From Candidatus Woesearchaeota archaeon (GTDB taxonomy: Archaea; Nanobdellota; Nanobdellia; SCGC-AAA011-G17; JACPNG01): a stretch of DNA of 64,000 bases. Shown here in pieces: positions 7,863 to 17,609 of this stretch. The notes beneath the pieces are model-generated. The model was not told the DNA's origin and did not search any database. It saw only the letters and a list, made by a program, of their open reading frames with translations. Made by a program: the position numbers and the translations under genes. The DNA lies in NCBI GenBank assembly GCA_018303365.1, contig JAGVYI010000016.1, positions 15,330 to 79,329 of the forward strand, given 5' to 3'. The first letter of the stretch is position 1; each line of letters begins with the position of its first letter.

Positions 7863-10217
7863 TTTTTCTTTGTATATTCCAAGTGCATAAAGAATACTTA
7901 TCAAGATGCTTGTTATCAGCAAGTTTGCTGTTGTAAATACCGGGAAGGCTCTTTCCCTTATGCATTCTGCCTGCTCTGCTGGTGTAAATTCAAACCTACA
8001 CAATTCATTTGTCCCCCTATAAACACATTTTGAGATGTCCCTTGTTCTGATGTTTGTTTCCGGGTCACATTCTGACCATTCTGTTGCAGTACAGTCCCAC
8101 TCTGCAAGGCACCTTGTCTGTCCTTTTGAGCACCCTTCGTTGTTGACACCTGTGCACAAGGGCGTTGATGTGCAAAGGTCCTGAAGGTTTGTTACACCGT
8201 CGCAGTCAAAGTCGTCTGTCCCACATGGCCTTACTTCCAGCTTGTTCGCTGATTTTACTTTTCTTTCCCCTACCTTGACATTGAAGTAATATTCAGGGTC
8301 TCCCTGCAAGAATCCATCATCTGTCCAATTAGCAGCCCAGATAGTCCTTGCTGACCTGTTGTCTATTCTTGTTGGTGTTGGAGGTGGAGGGGTTAGGGTA
8401 TCTCCAACAAGATCATCTTCAATCACTTCAAACTGCAGTTCTTTTCCATTGCAGTCTGGTCTTGTTTGTACTGTGATATTTACTTCTTTTCTATCTGCCG
8501 AGCAAGTTGGTTGCCATGATGCTGCTGTGATTGAGCAGCAATCCGGGTCTACACTATTACAGCGAGCATCTGCTGTGCATATTCCATCCGGGAGTGGATT
8601 ACAGCCGCATGCATATGAAGTACATGCGTTTCCTTGAAGACAGCTATCCTGCTGCTGATTACAGTCAGGGCATAAGCAATTTTCCCCTGGCTCACAGCTG
8701 TTTATACCATTACACTGGTAGCAGGTTCCTCCACGCGCCGTGGCGTCTTGCAGACAGGTGTAGCAATTCTCTCCTTGTTGAAGTTGATTGTCTCCGCATG
8801 TTCCACAGGTTTGACCTGTTGCTATAAGATCTTGCGGGCATGTTTGGCATATTTCTCCTTCATCTATTATTCCGTTTCCGCAACTTTGACATACTCCCGG
8901 GGGCATATCTTGGGGGCAAGTACCACAGTTTTCTCCATTAAGATAGTCTGGTTGGTTATTTCCACAGCTTAGGCATGTTTGTCCGGGCATGTCTTGCGGG
9001 CAGTTCCTGCAGTCTTCTCCTGTATCTGGGACACTGTTTCCACAGAAGCTATTTCCAGAGCAGTCTGGGTCAGGGGGTGTACATCCAGCTAAACATCCGT
9101 CTCCTCCCTGGCATGTGAGTGCATCACAGTCTGGGTCTGGTGTTAAGCAGCTTTGTGGTCCACATCCATCTCCCGGAGCACAAGTTGCTGCGCCACCACA
9201 ATCTGGGTCTATTGGATTGCACCCAATTACACAAAAACCATCTTCTCCATTGTCACATACTCTTCCTACACAATCTGGATCTGATGGCAGACAACCTGCC
9301 AGGCACCCATTTCCTACTTGGCAAGTTGTTTGTCCGCAATCTGGGTCTTGCGGGTTACATATGCCGCCTCCACATCCGTCGCCTGGAAGACACGTTCCTC
9401 CGCCGCAATCCGGATCTATTGGGTTGCAACCTACAGCACACGCATCACCTGGTGAACACGTTGCAACAGGAAAGGATGTGCAAACCCATGAGCCTTGGTT
9501 TTGCAGGCAGACCTCTCCATTTCCACACCCCGCATCGTCCGGACAGTTGTTACAATCTTCTCCTGTGTTTATTCTTCCATTCCCACACTCAGTTGTTGGT
9601 CCTTCTTCTGTTACTTCCAACAAGGGTGATTTTCTTAAAATCACTTCTGTTCCATTATCAAGGATGTGTGCGTTGAAATAATATTCTGGGTTGTCTGTTA
9701 TGAATGGGAAGATGCTTTCGTCCTGCCAATCTGCAATCCAAGATGAGCGGGCTTGACCTTCGCTATTAAATGGTGCTGGGAGTGGGTCTGGAGTGTAATC
9801 GTCATCAGGCGTTATTGGGGTGTCTTTTTCAAGGATATCCCACTGTACAATTTTCCCTCTGCAAGCCTGCGAACCCTCTACAGAGAGGAATACACGTTGT
9901 CTGTTTCCCGCTCTTGTTATTTCAATCAGGCTTGTATCTTTCCAGTTTATTGTATTGATACTACAACAGGCGGGATCTCCTTCATCTACTCCGGTAGAAG
10001 GGTCAAGATCAAATCCTCCTTGCGCATTATTGCAGTTATTGTCTATTCTATCTGTACAGTCTTCAACTTGGCCGTAGAAAATTAACGGATCGTTTGGGTT
10101 GCAATCCAAGGGATTGTCTGTTATTGGCTGCTGAAATCCTTGTGGTGATGCTGTTTGCACGACTAATAGAAGAAAACCAAGTATTAGTACTGCAAACACT
10201 CCTTTTTTGATTGGCAT
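7833..10217 (-). CDS. Giant secreted cysteine-rich surface protein with tandem C-x-P-x-DPDC repeats and a C-terminal transmembrane anchor.
   Basis: Signal peptide MPIKKGVFAVLILGFLLLVV. At least 6 tandem ~23-aa repeats (CNPIDPDCGGGTC..GDGC..). About 12% Cys. C-terminal TM helix plus KEKSRSRK tail. Confidence 0.7.
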   Translation of the reverse strand: MPIKKGVFAVLILGFLLLVVQTASPQGFQQPITDNPLDCNPNDPLIFYGQVEDCTDRIDNNCNNAQGGFDLDPSTGVDEGDPACCSINTINWKDTSLIEITRAGNRQRVFLSVEGSQACRGKIVQWDILEKDTPITPDDDYTPDPLPAPFNSEGQARSSWIADWQDESIFPFITDNPEYYFNAHILDNGTEVILRKSPLLEVTEEGPTTECGNGRINTGEDCNNCPDDAGCGNGEVCLQNQGSWVCTSFPVATCSPGDACAVGCNPIDPDCGGGTCLPGDGCGGGICNPQDPDCGQTTCQVGNGCLAGCLPSDPDCVGRVCDNGEDGFCVIGCNPIDPDCGGAATCAPGDGCGPQSCLTPDPDCDALTCQGGDGCLAGCTPPDPDCSGNSFCGNSVPDTGEDCRNCPQDMPGQTCLSCGNNQPDYLNGENCGTCPQDMPPGVCQSCGNGIIDEGEICQTCPQDLIATGQTCGTCGDNQLQQGENCYTCLQDATARGGTCYQCNGINSCEPGENCLCPDCNQQQDSCLQGNACTSYACGCNPLPDGICTADARCNSVDPDCCSITAASWQPTCSADRKEVNITVQTRPDCNGKELQFEVIEDDLVGDTLTPPPPTPTRIDNRSARTIWAANWTDDGFLQGDPEYYFNVKVGERKVKSANKLEVRPCGTDDFDCDGVTNLQDLCTSTPLCTGVNNEGCSKGQTRCLAEWDCTATEWSECDPETNIRTRDISKCVYRGTNELCRFEFTPAEQAECIRERAFPVFTTANLLITSILISILYALGIYKEKSRSRKNIDR

Positions 10218-10266
10218 TCACCTCTTTTTTGTTTTAGGTGTGCCTTATTTTAAATATCTTTGTTTT

Positions 10267-12564
10267 TTAGAATAAGCGACCTACCCAGCTTCCTATGTTA
10301 TCTATCATTCTTTCAATAACATTTCTTCTTTCTATCCCTTCTTCGGTTAACTCCTCTAATGCTTCCCGCCACTTTCCTGTCCTGATGAGCTTTACAACAT
10401 TCTCTTCTTCAAGCCCCTTTCTTTGCTTTACCAACTGTTCACGTTGCGCTAATTCCTCTGGTGGCAGTTCTGTTCCAAGAGCTGGTGCTGGCAAGTCTTC
10501 GCATAGGGGGGCGTCAAAATCAATAAGCCCGTCCCCATCACGGTCACAAATACTTTTTGTTGAGTCACTTGCTTCATTTATAAGACCGTCACAGTCTTCA
10601 TCCCTTCCTATTAGGTCACAGCACTCTGTTCCTACATTTCCTTTTTGTTCATAGTATTCGCACCTATTTGCGCATATTCCGTCTCCATCAAAATCAAACC
10701 ATCCACCACGGCACCCACTGCATTGTCCTTGTTCACATGTGAGGGCATTATTTGCAGCACAACTGTTGCCACATTCTCCACAATTGTTGGGGTCATTTCT
10801 TGCATCAAGTTCACACCCATCAGATAAGTCTCCGTTGCAATTTCTGAATCCTTGGTTACAACTTTCAATTAGACATACCCCAGATTCACACCTTCCCCTT
10901 GCATTTTGAAGATTACAACTGTTCCCTATTGCACCACAGTTACTTACGTCATTGTTTAGGTCTGCACAGGTGCTTGTTTGTGAATTCCACGAACAACTTT
11001 CTCCTGTTGCAACGTTGCATGGGTTTTGCAAGCAAGTTGTTTCATCTTTATAGTCTTGGCAGCTATTTGCATTTTCTTGGCATGCTGTACATAGGTCTGG
11101 TAGAAGAGTTCTTTGTGTGTAAAAGCAATTGCCCCCACATGTATCACAGACTTGTCTTGAGCATGTGCTTAGAAGGCCGCTTCCACATTCTTGACAGGAT
11201 GCGCAGGCACATTCTCCCCTGTTAATACATGCTGGGTTTGATGAACAGGCATCCTGTGTTGCACACCCATCTGAGCCTATTTGGCAACCTGCGGGGGTGT
11301 TCCTACATATATCTTGGCAATCATTTATCCCGTCTTCGTCTGAATCTCCTGCGGGTACAAGACGATATCCTTGGCAGATTCTGTTATCCTGAGTGCATTC
11401 TCCGTGAGTATTACATTCTTTTTCTCCACCACAGGTTCGTCCTTCAAATGTTCTGCTTAGGATACAGCCTGATGGGCACGTACAAATGCTTGGATTTCCT
11501 TTGATGCTTGGGTTTGTACATGTTTCGCCACATGCTGCAACATCTGTTGTCACCACCTGTTGTTGACCTACGCAATCCGGGTCTGGTGTGCTGCACCTTA
11601 ATGCACACCCGTTTCCCGCGGCACATGTTGATATTGACGTACAATCTTGGTCATAGTATGCACAATTTACTCCTAATTCTACCGGGCAAAACCCATCAGT
11701 TGCTCCGCATGCATAACATGTGTTGCAGATTTCTACTGCTTGTCTTGAATTGAGAGTGAAACCAAGTAGTCCGCAGGCGGTTGTTGTTCTTTCTCCTTCA
11801 ACAATTGTCCTTGTAGGCTGGGTTGTTTGCTGCTCTGTTCCTGTTTGCGTGCTTGCAGGAGCACTTGCCCTTATTGTTAGGCTTGTCTGCCCTGTTGCTC
11901 CAGCACTGTCTGTTACTGTAAGCCTGACAGTGTATTGACCTGCACTTTGATAGGTGTGGCTTGGGTTTTGTATCCTAGCTGTTTGTTCGTCTCCAAAATC
12001 CCAATTGTATGTAAGTATTCCTCCGTCTGGGTCTGATGAACCTAAACTATTGAATCGTACTGTTAGAGGAACTGTTCCTGAAAGAGGGTCTGCGTTTGCC
12101 CTTGCAGTTGGAGGATTGTTTAGCGGCTCTTGGGTTGTTCCTGTTTGTTGTGGTGCTGTTACGGTTATTGTGACAGTTTGACTTGCGCTTTCTCCTTTGT
12201 CATCTCTTAATGTAAATGTTGCTGTGTAGATTCCAGGTTGATTATAAGTTTTGGTTGGATTCTGGCTGTTAACTGGCTGAGACCCATCACCATAATCCCA
12301 TGTGGCAACTGTTGGGTCTCCATCTGGATCTGTTCCAGAACCAAAGAACCTTATAGTATGAGGGGCATTTCCTGATGGAGGGTTAGCTTCTATACTTATT
12401 ATTGTAGGTGCTCTGTTTTCTGGTTGTGCTTGCTCCTCTCCTGTCTCTTCAGGTGGTGGTGGGGGGATACCTCCTGGACCGCCGAGCTGAGCATTAGATA
12501 CTCCTATAGGGAGTAAAATAAGAATGATTAGTATTGCAATTAGTCTCTCTGACCTCTTTTTCAT
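10267..12564 (-). CDS. Large secreted protein with two PKD-like domains, Asp-rich Ca-binding (thrombospondin type-3-like) repeats and a Cys-rich region.
   Basis: Signal peptide, then PPPPPEE. PKD signatures WDYGDGS and WDFGDE. DSDEDGINDCQD and DRDGDGLIDFD repeats. It shares a CSTPDPDC motif with the neighbouring protein. Confidence 0.7.
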   Translation of the reverse strand: MKKRSERLIAILIILILLPIGVSNAQLGGPGGIPPPPPEETGEEQAQPENRAPTIISIEANPPSGNAPHTIRFFGSGTDPDGDPTVATWDYGDGSQPVNSQNPTKTYNQPGIYTATFTLRDDKGESASQTVTITVTAPQQTGTTQEPLNNPPTARANADPLSGTVPLTVRFNSLGSSDPDGGILTYNWDFGDEQTARIQNPSHTYQSAGQYTVRLTVTDSAGATGQTSLTIRASAPASTQTGTEQQTTQPTRTIVEGERTTTACGLLGFTLNSRQAVEICNTCYACGATDGFCPVELGVNCAYYDQDCTSISTCAAGNGCALRCSTPDPDCVGQQQVVTTDVAACGETCTNPSIKGNPSICTCPSGCILSRTFEGRTCGGEKECNTHGECTQDNRICQGYRLVPAGDSDEDGINDCQDICRNTPAGCQIGSDGCATQDACSSNPACINRGECACASCQECGSGLLSTCSRQVCDTCGGNCFYTQRTLLPDLCTACQENANSCQDYKDETTCLQNPCNVATGESCSWNSQTSTCADLNNDVSNCGAIGNSCNLQNARGRCESGVCLIESCNQGFRNCNGDLSDGCELDARNDPNNCGECGNSCAANNALTCEQGQCSGCRGGWFDFDGDGICANRCEYYEQKGNVGTECCDLIGRDEDCDGLINEASDSTKSICDRDGDGLIDFDAPLCEDLPAPALGTELPPEELAQREQLVKQRKGLEEENVVKLIRTGKWREALEELTEEGIERRNVIERMIDNIGSWVGRLF

Positions 12565-12647
12565 GCTTGATTCTCTTTTTATTTGTATTTTTGAAAATAT
12601 GTTTTTCTTTTAAAACCTTTTGATTCTATTTTCAATAGTTTTTTAAG

Positions 12648-13670
12648 GTGCGTTCTTTTCTTTTTTTGGTCATGGTTAATCAAGAATTAATTAATTATCT
12701 TAAAAATGGGCTTTCACAGGGAAAATCTGTTGACTATCTTCGCTCTGAGCTTACTAAAGCGGGGTGGCCTTCTTCCTTGATTTTTGATGCTGTTCAAGCA
12801 GTTTCAGTACAGAAAACTTCTTTACCAAAACAACCTGCTTTAGAGAAAGGGCCTGAACAACCTTCTGTTCAGAAGCCTTTCGAGAAGACACCTGTTTCTT
12901 CCCCTATTAAAGCTGGATCTTCTTCAGAGGAGTATTTTGGTTATAGTGCTCCTGCTCCAAGTAAATTAAAGCTTTCTTCCAAACACTATATTGCCTTTGG
13001 AGCTGCAGGTATTTCTCTTGTTGTACTTGGAATTGTTTTGTTCTTTGTTTTTGGGCCTGGTGGTGGAGAGCGTGTCCTTACTGTTTCTGAACAATCTGGT
13101 GGTGGTTCAGCTTCAGTTGCTTCTTCTGGAAGTAGTACTACCCCTCTTAGCAATACTTCTTCTCAGAGTATTCCTTCTTCAGGTGACTTTGGCATACCAT
13201 CTAGTCAGGTTAATGCCCTTGGCAGTCAGGGTAGCGCGGTTTGTGAAAATGGGGTTTTAGAGGCTGGAGAGACCTGTGATGGGAATTGTCCGACTAACTG
13301 CACTTCCTCATCTTCCTGCGTTAGTGCTGTCCTTTATGGAAGCGCTCCTTCTTGCACCTCACAATGTGTTCTTGCCAACATAACCTCTTGTGTTTCTGGA
13401 GATGGCTGCTGCCCCTTTGTTTGCAATGGTTTTACTGATTCTGACTGTTCTGGCGGACAGCAAATTAATCAAACGTCAAATCAGAGTTCTGGACAAGGAG
13501 CGTTGCAAAGCTGTTCTTCTCAGGGAGGTAGTGTTTGTCCTTCCGGCCAAAGCTGTTCTGGCAGCATTGTTTCTGCTTCAGATACTTCTTTATGCTGTAT
13601 CGGTACTTGTGAGAGTTCATCTGAAGAAGACTCTGGAGTTGCTCCTCCACCTCCACCCCCTTCAATGTGA
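12648..13670 (+). CDS. Single-pass membrane protein with a Ser-rich linker and a Cys-rich extracellular C-terminal domain.
   Basis: N-terminal soluble domain, TM at YIAFGAAGISLVVLGIVLFFVF, Ser-rich segment, at least 20 Cys in the last 150 aa, and a PPPPPPPS tail. Confidence 0.5.
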   Translation: MRSFLFLVMVNQELINYLKNGLSQGKSVDYLRSELTKAGWPSSLIFDAVQAVSVQKTSLPKQPALEKGPEQPSVQKPFEKTPVSSPIKAGSSSEEYFGYSAPAPSKLKLSSKHYIAFGAAGISLVVLGIVLFFVFGPGGGERVLTVSEQSGGGSASVASSGSSTTPLSNTSSQSIPSSGDFGIPSSQVNALGSQGSAVCENGVLEAGETCDGNCPTNCTSSSSCVSAVLYGSAPSCTSQCVLANITSCVSGDGCCPFVCNGFTDSDCSGGQQINQTSNQSSGQGALQSCSSQGGSVCPSGQSCSGSIVSASDTSLCCIGTCESSSEEDSGVAPPPPPPSM

Positions 13671-13745
13671 TGGGTGGTGTTCTAGTTGATTTGTTGATGG
13701 GTTGTTACGAAAATCTTTATATACCGCTTATAGTCTTTTTATTTA

Positions 13746-14327
13746 TTGAAAATGAAGCAACACTCTATGAATCGTAAAGTTATCTTACCCTTTGTTGGTT
13801 TACTTTCTTTGTCTCTTCTTGCTGTTTTTGCTTTTTCCCAACAGTCTGTTGTCGAGGATATACTCCGTGTTTCTTATAGCCAACTTAGAAATCAAGTTGG
13901 TTTTCGAGTTGGCACTACTGGCGTTACCTTCCCAAATTTTTATGTCTGGTCCAACTATTCCTATAATTATGTTGGTCTTGATAATCAAAGTAATTACCAA
14001 TATCTGCGCTTTCCTATGTACTTTGCTGAAACTCAACAACTCGCAGAGGGCTGGGTAAGTGGTTCAAAGCTAATTTTTTCTGCTCCAAATAATACAAATC
14101 CAGATGGTGTTGAGACTGTTAATACACAGTTTTACGTTCTCTACAAAGAAGGAGTTCCTTCAAATGCGGGTCATCGCTATACTTATCTTTGTTGCTATGA
14201 CGATTCTGCTGGGGCCTACCCAAACTCAACAGTTCTCTGCCAAAATGCAGACACAACTAAAATCACGAGCAAAGTTACAGACAACAGACCCAATGGTTAT
14301 TACTGCGGTTGGAATATAGCCAGGTGA
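13746..14327 (+). CDS. Secreted protein, unknown function.
   Basis: Signal peptide MKMKQHSMNRKVILPFVGLLSLSLLAVFAFS. Confidence 0.4.
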   Translation: MKMKQHSMNRKVILPFVGLLSLSLLAVFAFSQQSVVEDILRVSYSQLRNQVGFRVGTTGVTFPNFYVWSNYSYNYVGLDNQSNYQYLRFPMYFAETQQLAEGWVSGSKLIFSAPNNTNPDGVETVNTQFYVLYKEGVPSNAGHRYTYLCCYDDSAGAYPNSTVLCQNADTTKITSKVTDNRPNGYYCGWNIAR

Positions 14328-14331
14328 TTAG

Positions 14332-14577
14332 ATGATTAAGAAATCTATATTTGCTTTGATTTTTGTTTTTGGTTTATTCTTGTTTGGTTGCAGTTCTGGG
14401 CTAAGGGAAGCGAGCGGAAGTCTTCCTGTATCTCCCGGAACACCTGAGCAGGCGTCTGAGAATGCCGGTGTTGAGTCTGGTACTCCAAGCAGTCCTCCTC
14501 CATTTACCGGAGCTGTTATTGCTGAAGTTCCTCCTTTACCTGAACCTCCAGTGCAAGAAAGGTCTTCTCCTTACTAA
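14332..14577 (+). CDS. Small Pro-rich lipoprotein-like protein.
   Basis: LFLFGCSS lipobox-like motif after a signal sequence. Confidence 0.3.
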   Translation: MIKKSIFALIFVFGLFLFGCSSGLREASGSLPVSPGTPEQASENAGVESGTPSSPPPFTGAVIAEVPPLPEPPVQERSSPY

Positions 14578-14602
14578 CTTTTGCTTTCTATAAATTTTTC
14601 AG

Positions 14603-15141
14603 AAACATTTATTAATAACTCATTAAACATTAATTTCAATGAAAAAGAGGTCAAAGAAGAAGCCTTCTTCCAAGTTTTACCATCACCAGCTTTACATTCC
14701 AATCATTCTTGTTCTTTCTTTTGCTTCCCTTGCTTTGCTTTGGATATTTAGCACAGGTGCAACCGGTTATGCCACCTACAGCTTCGGCAACACTGTTCCG
14801 CAGGGGTTTGGAGTTCCGTGGAATGTATTTTCTTCACAGCATGAGAATATAATAAGCTCATCAAACGGAATGATTACTGCCCAGGCAGACTATGTCTATA
14901 AGTATGGCTATGTGTGGGATGGCAGCCAATGGACGCGCTTTGAGTTTCCACAGCAAAAGGTGTCTAATAATTGGGTTGCAAGAGAAGCTTCTTTTGATGT
15001 TAACAGTCTTGGTCTTACTGCTGGAGAATATTCTGTTGTTGCATATACATGCCAGTATGTGAATAAGGAATGGAAGTGCGGCTGTCGAACCTCACAGTGT
15101 CGAAACGGTGTTGATGGTGGTATGTGGCAGTTGCAGAAGGT
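14603..15141 (+). repeat. Direct repeat copy A, about 540 bp: promoter plus 5' coding region shared with 21063..21607.
   Basis: Manual alignment gives about 85-90% nt identity, including the TATA box, the ATG, the signal anchor and the CQYVN.EWKCGCRTSQCR domain. Confidence 0.8.
14608..14618 (+). promoter_or_regulatory. Archaeal TATA box (TTTATTAATAA) centred about 26 nt upstream of the ATG of paralog A; implies a leaderless transcript.
   Basis: An identical element at identical spacing precedes paralog B (21068..21078). Confidence 0.45.
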
Positions 15142-15991
15142 AAGAGTTACTGGTTCTTCTCTTGGTCCAAATGCTGAAATTCCAAGGAATATTGAGCTAG
15201 ATGTTCCCCATAGCCAAACCATATATAGAGGCGATTTATACTATTTAACTATAAATGTCTGGGGTGTTTCTAGCTTAGAGGGAATACATTACAAAGTGTT
15301 GTATTGTGATGCCACTGTTAATCCTAGTTGTGAACCAAACGTTGAGGGAAATAACATGATTCTAAATTCTAGTAATTGGAGATTTTTTAGAGGAACGACG
15401 AGAGGATGGAATAACTTCAACGCGACAGTTGCAAGATGGAGTGGGGATCGTACAGGGGGATTCAATTCCCTTTTTGGGCGCACAACCCCTCCAGAGGGTG
15501 AATATCGAGTTAGGTTTGTGTTGAATGGTATTGAATCTCAAGTCTATAATTTTAAGGTTGAGGATAGCAGGCCGGACAGGTCTCCTAGTTCGGCTGATTT
15601 TACTATATATCCGGCCCAAATGATCGAAGGCCAATCAGTTACCCTCCAGATTATAGCTACAGGAATTGCTTCAAGAAATGGTCTTGAAGATGCTGCAATT
15701 GAAATCAATACCTGTTATGCGGGGTCTTTTTCAAGTGATTATGAGGAACGAGATTGTTTTCCTGTTGGAGGTCAGAACACGCAGCGTCTTCCTCCTGCAG
15801 GGGATGATCCCTGGATACTTAGCAGTGACTCTTTATTTTCTCGAGCAACACTGTTAACTAGACCTTCAACTATTGTTCGTCCTAGGGAGGGTGGTAGTTA
15901 TCGGCCAGAGGAAGGTTACTACAATGTGTGGATTAAGATATATGGTACTGAATCTCATGTAAGCAGAATTGGAGTTAGAAGTTCTCCATAG
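14639..15991 (+). CDS. Surface protein paralog A: conserved N-terminal signal-anchor plus Cys-containing domain, with a unique C-terminal domain.
   Basis: MKKRSKKKPSSKFYHHQLYIPIILVLSFASLALLWIF... The first ~170 aa are nearly identical to those of the 21099 gene. Confidence 0.65.
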   Translation: MKKRSKKKPSSKFYHHQLYIPIILVLSFASLALLWIFSTGATGYATYSFGNTVPQGFGVPWNVFSSQHENIISSSNGMITAQADYVYKYGYVWDGSQWTRFEFPQQKVSNNWVAREASFDVNSLGLTAGEYSVVAYTCQYVNKEWKCGCRTSQCRNGVDGGMWQLQKVRVTGSSLGPNAEIPRNIELDVPHSQTIYRGDLYYLTINVWGVSSLEGIHYKVLYCDATVNPSCEPNVEGNNMILNSSNWRFFRGTTRGWNNFNATVARWSGDRTGGFNSLFGRTTPPEGEYRVRFVLNGIESQVYNFKVEDSRPDRSPSSADFTIYPAQMIEGQSVTLQIIATGIASRNGLEDAAIEINTCYAGSFSSDYEERDCFPVGGQNTQRLPPAGDDPWILSSDSLFSRATLLTRPSTIVRPREGGSYRPEEGYYNVWIKIYGTESHVSRIGVRSSP

Positions 15992-16031
15992 TTTTCGAAA
16001 TATTTATATATTCCCATATAATCTTTCATTT

Positions 16032-16529
16032 ATGTTTTACCAAAAGAGGGGTATTTCACCACTTATTGCTACTGTCTTGATTCTTGGTTTTACCGTGGCA
16101 CTTGGTGTTCTTATTATTAATTTTAGCACTTCGTTTACAAGAAATATTCAGGAACAGACAACGGAATCTTCAAACACCCAGATTATCTGTGCTCAAGAAG
16201 TACTATTTAGCATTTCTAATGCCTGCGATGCAGGAAATAATATTGTTCGCGTGACTGTCAAAAATGATGGTTCCAGAGATATTGATCGGTTTATCTCTAG
16301 ATTTTATAGGAGTGAGAGTGATGTTGCTCAAGAGACCCTTACATTTATTAATAATGGCAATGGCATTTCTTCTTTTAACATAGAGTCTGATGAGGTTACT
16401 ATTCCTAATGGTCCTGTTCGCCAAGTTGAACTTATCCCTGTTGTTACTATCTCTGGCAAATCTGTTACGTGTTCAACCAATGTTGACTCTTTCGGAGCTG
16501 TTCTTGGAGATGGTCTTCTTGGTTGCTGA
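16032..16529 (+). CDS. Archaeal pilin-like protein (DUF361-type).
   Basis: MFYQKRGISPLIATVLILGFTVALGVLI. The internal Met was chosen as the start; the ORF-track start at 15969 is upstream. Confidence 0.55.
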   Translation: MFYQKRGISPLIATVLILGFTVALGVLIINFSTSFTRNIQEQTTESSNTQIICAQEVLFSISNACDAGNNIVRVTVKNDGSRDIDRFISRFYRSESDVAQETLTFINNGNGISSFNIESDEVTIPNGPVRQVELIPVVTISGKSVTCSTNVDSFGAVLGDGLLGC

Positions 16530-16538
16530 AGGGTCATT

Positions 16539-17060
16539 ATGAAGCTGGGTGAGGTTTGGGTTTCTGCAGTTCTTTACTTGGCTTTGGGTCTTATACTTAT
16601 CACAATTGTTCTTGCTGCCGGCATCCCTCTTATTAACAAAATACGAGACCGCAATACTGTTGCGCAAACAAAGGACATTCTTTTTGTCCTTGATAAAAAC
16701 ATCCGAACTGTTGCTTCTGAAGGCACAGGCTCAAAGCGCTATGTAAGTCCGGTTAACATTGATGCGGGAGAGCTTGTTTTTGATTCTGACCAAGACAGAC
16801 TTTCCTGGAGCATGACAACAAGCAACAAACTTGCAGAGCCCAGTCTTACACTTCAGGAAGGAGTACTGTTTCTTCGCCTTGATGAGACTCCTATTTCTGA
16901 TGAGTATAAGGTTAATCTGTGGCTTGATTACCTGAATCTCTATGACCTTTTCATGGTTTCAGACTTTTCCAATCCTTTTTCTGGAACTTATAGTCTTTCT
17001 ATTGAAAATAATGGAACCTATGCCAATGGTCGACCCACGATTGTTTTAAGGGTTGCTTAG
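16539..17060 (+). CDS. Pilin-like / pilus-assembly accessory protein (FlaF/FlaG-like N-terminal anchor).
   Basis: N-terminal hydrophobic anchor VSAVLYLALGLILITIVLAAGIPLINKIR, then a beta-rich domain. Confidence 0.4.
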   Translation: MKLGEVWVSAVLYLALGLILITIVLAAGIPLINKIRDRNTVAQTKDILFVLDKNIRTVASEGTGSKRYVSPVNIDAGELVFDSDQDRLSWSMTTSNKLAEPSLTLQEGVLFLRLDETPISDEYKVNLWLDYLNLYDLFMVSDFSNPFSGTYSLSIENNGTYANGRPTIVLRVA

Positions 17061-17609
17061 GAAAAAACCTCTGATATACCTTTCTGGTTAAATTTTATTA
17101 ACTCTTTCACCAGAAATCCCAGTACTTTAGTACGGGGAGGATGTCACTGACGATTATTTCATAGATTGTCGTAAACTTCCAGAAGGGAATCCTTATAGAC
17201 CTCTGTATAATAGATTGGGAAGTTCTCATTATCGCCCTGTTGGTTGGCATAACATGGTGCATGAATTGCTACATAGGTTTGGAGCAACGGATATTTATCA
17301 AGGAACTCTTGATGTTGGAGACCCTCAAAGTAGAGAATTGGAAATATCAATGGACCAAAGATATGGGAGAGTATTATGGGAGATGAGATAAAGAATTGTG
17401 TAGAGTGGGTGGGTTTAGAAAGGGACGGAAATATTTGTTCACAAGAAGAATTGGAAAGCATATACTTAGATAGATACAATAGACAATTAATTGGATTAGA
17501 ATAGATTAAAATTCTTATTAAAAATATCTGTGTCTTATCTAACTTAGATTTAACAGAAAATTATATAAGCCCTTATTTTTTATAATCTTAGTCAAAAGAG
17601 GGTGATGCT

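Noticed and set aside
8900-9500. Periodic ~69-nt DNA repeats that could be mistaken for a CRISPR array
   Set aside because: The repeats are imperfect, lie in frame within a coding region and encode the DPDC protein repeats. There are no unique spacers of constant length and no cas genes.
8359-9681. Several plus-strand ORFs (92-230 aa) inside the giant minus-strand DPDC gene
   Set aside because: These are shadow ORFs produced by the repetitive GC-richer Cys/Gly/Pro codon content on the opposite strand. They are rich in S, P, H, Q and L with no features, and are nested entirely within a well-supported 794-aa gene.
10295-12181. Plus-strand ORFs (60-119 aa) inside the PKD/TSP3-like gene
   Set aside because: Same reasoning: they are antisense to a long, signal-peptide-bearing, domain-rich ORF.
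17159-17479. 106-aa minus-strand ORF in the spacer upstream of the pilus ATPase
   Set aside because: It has no RBS, odd composition and no motif, and is embedded in a region with several competing short ORFs. It is treated as non-coding, as described in the findings above.
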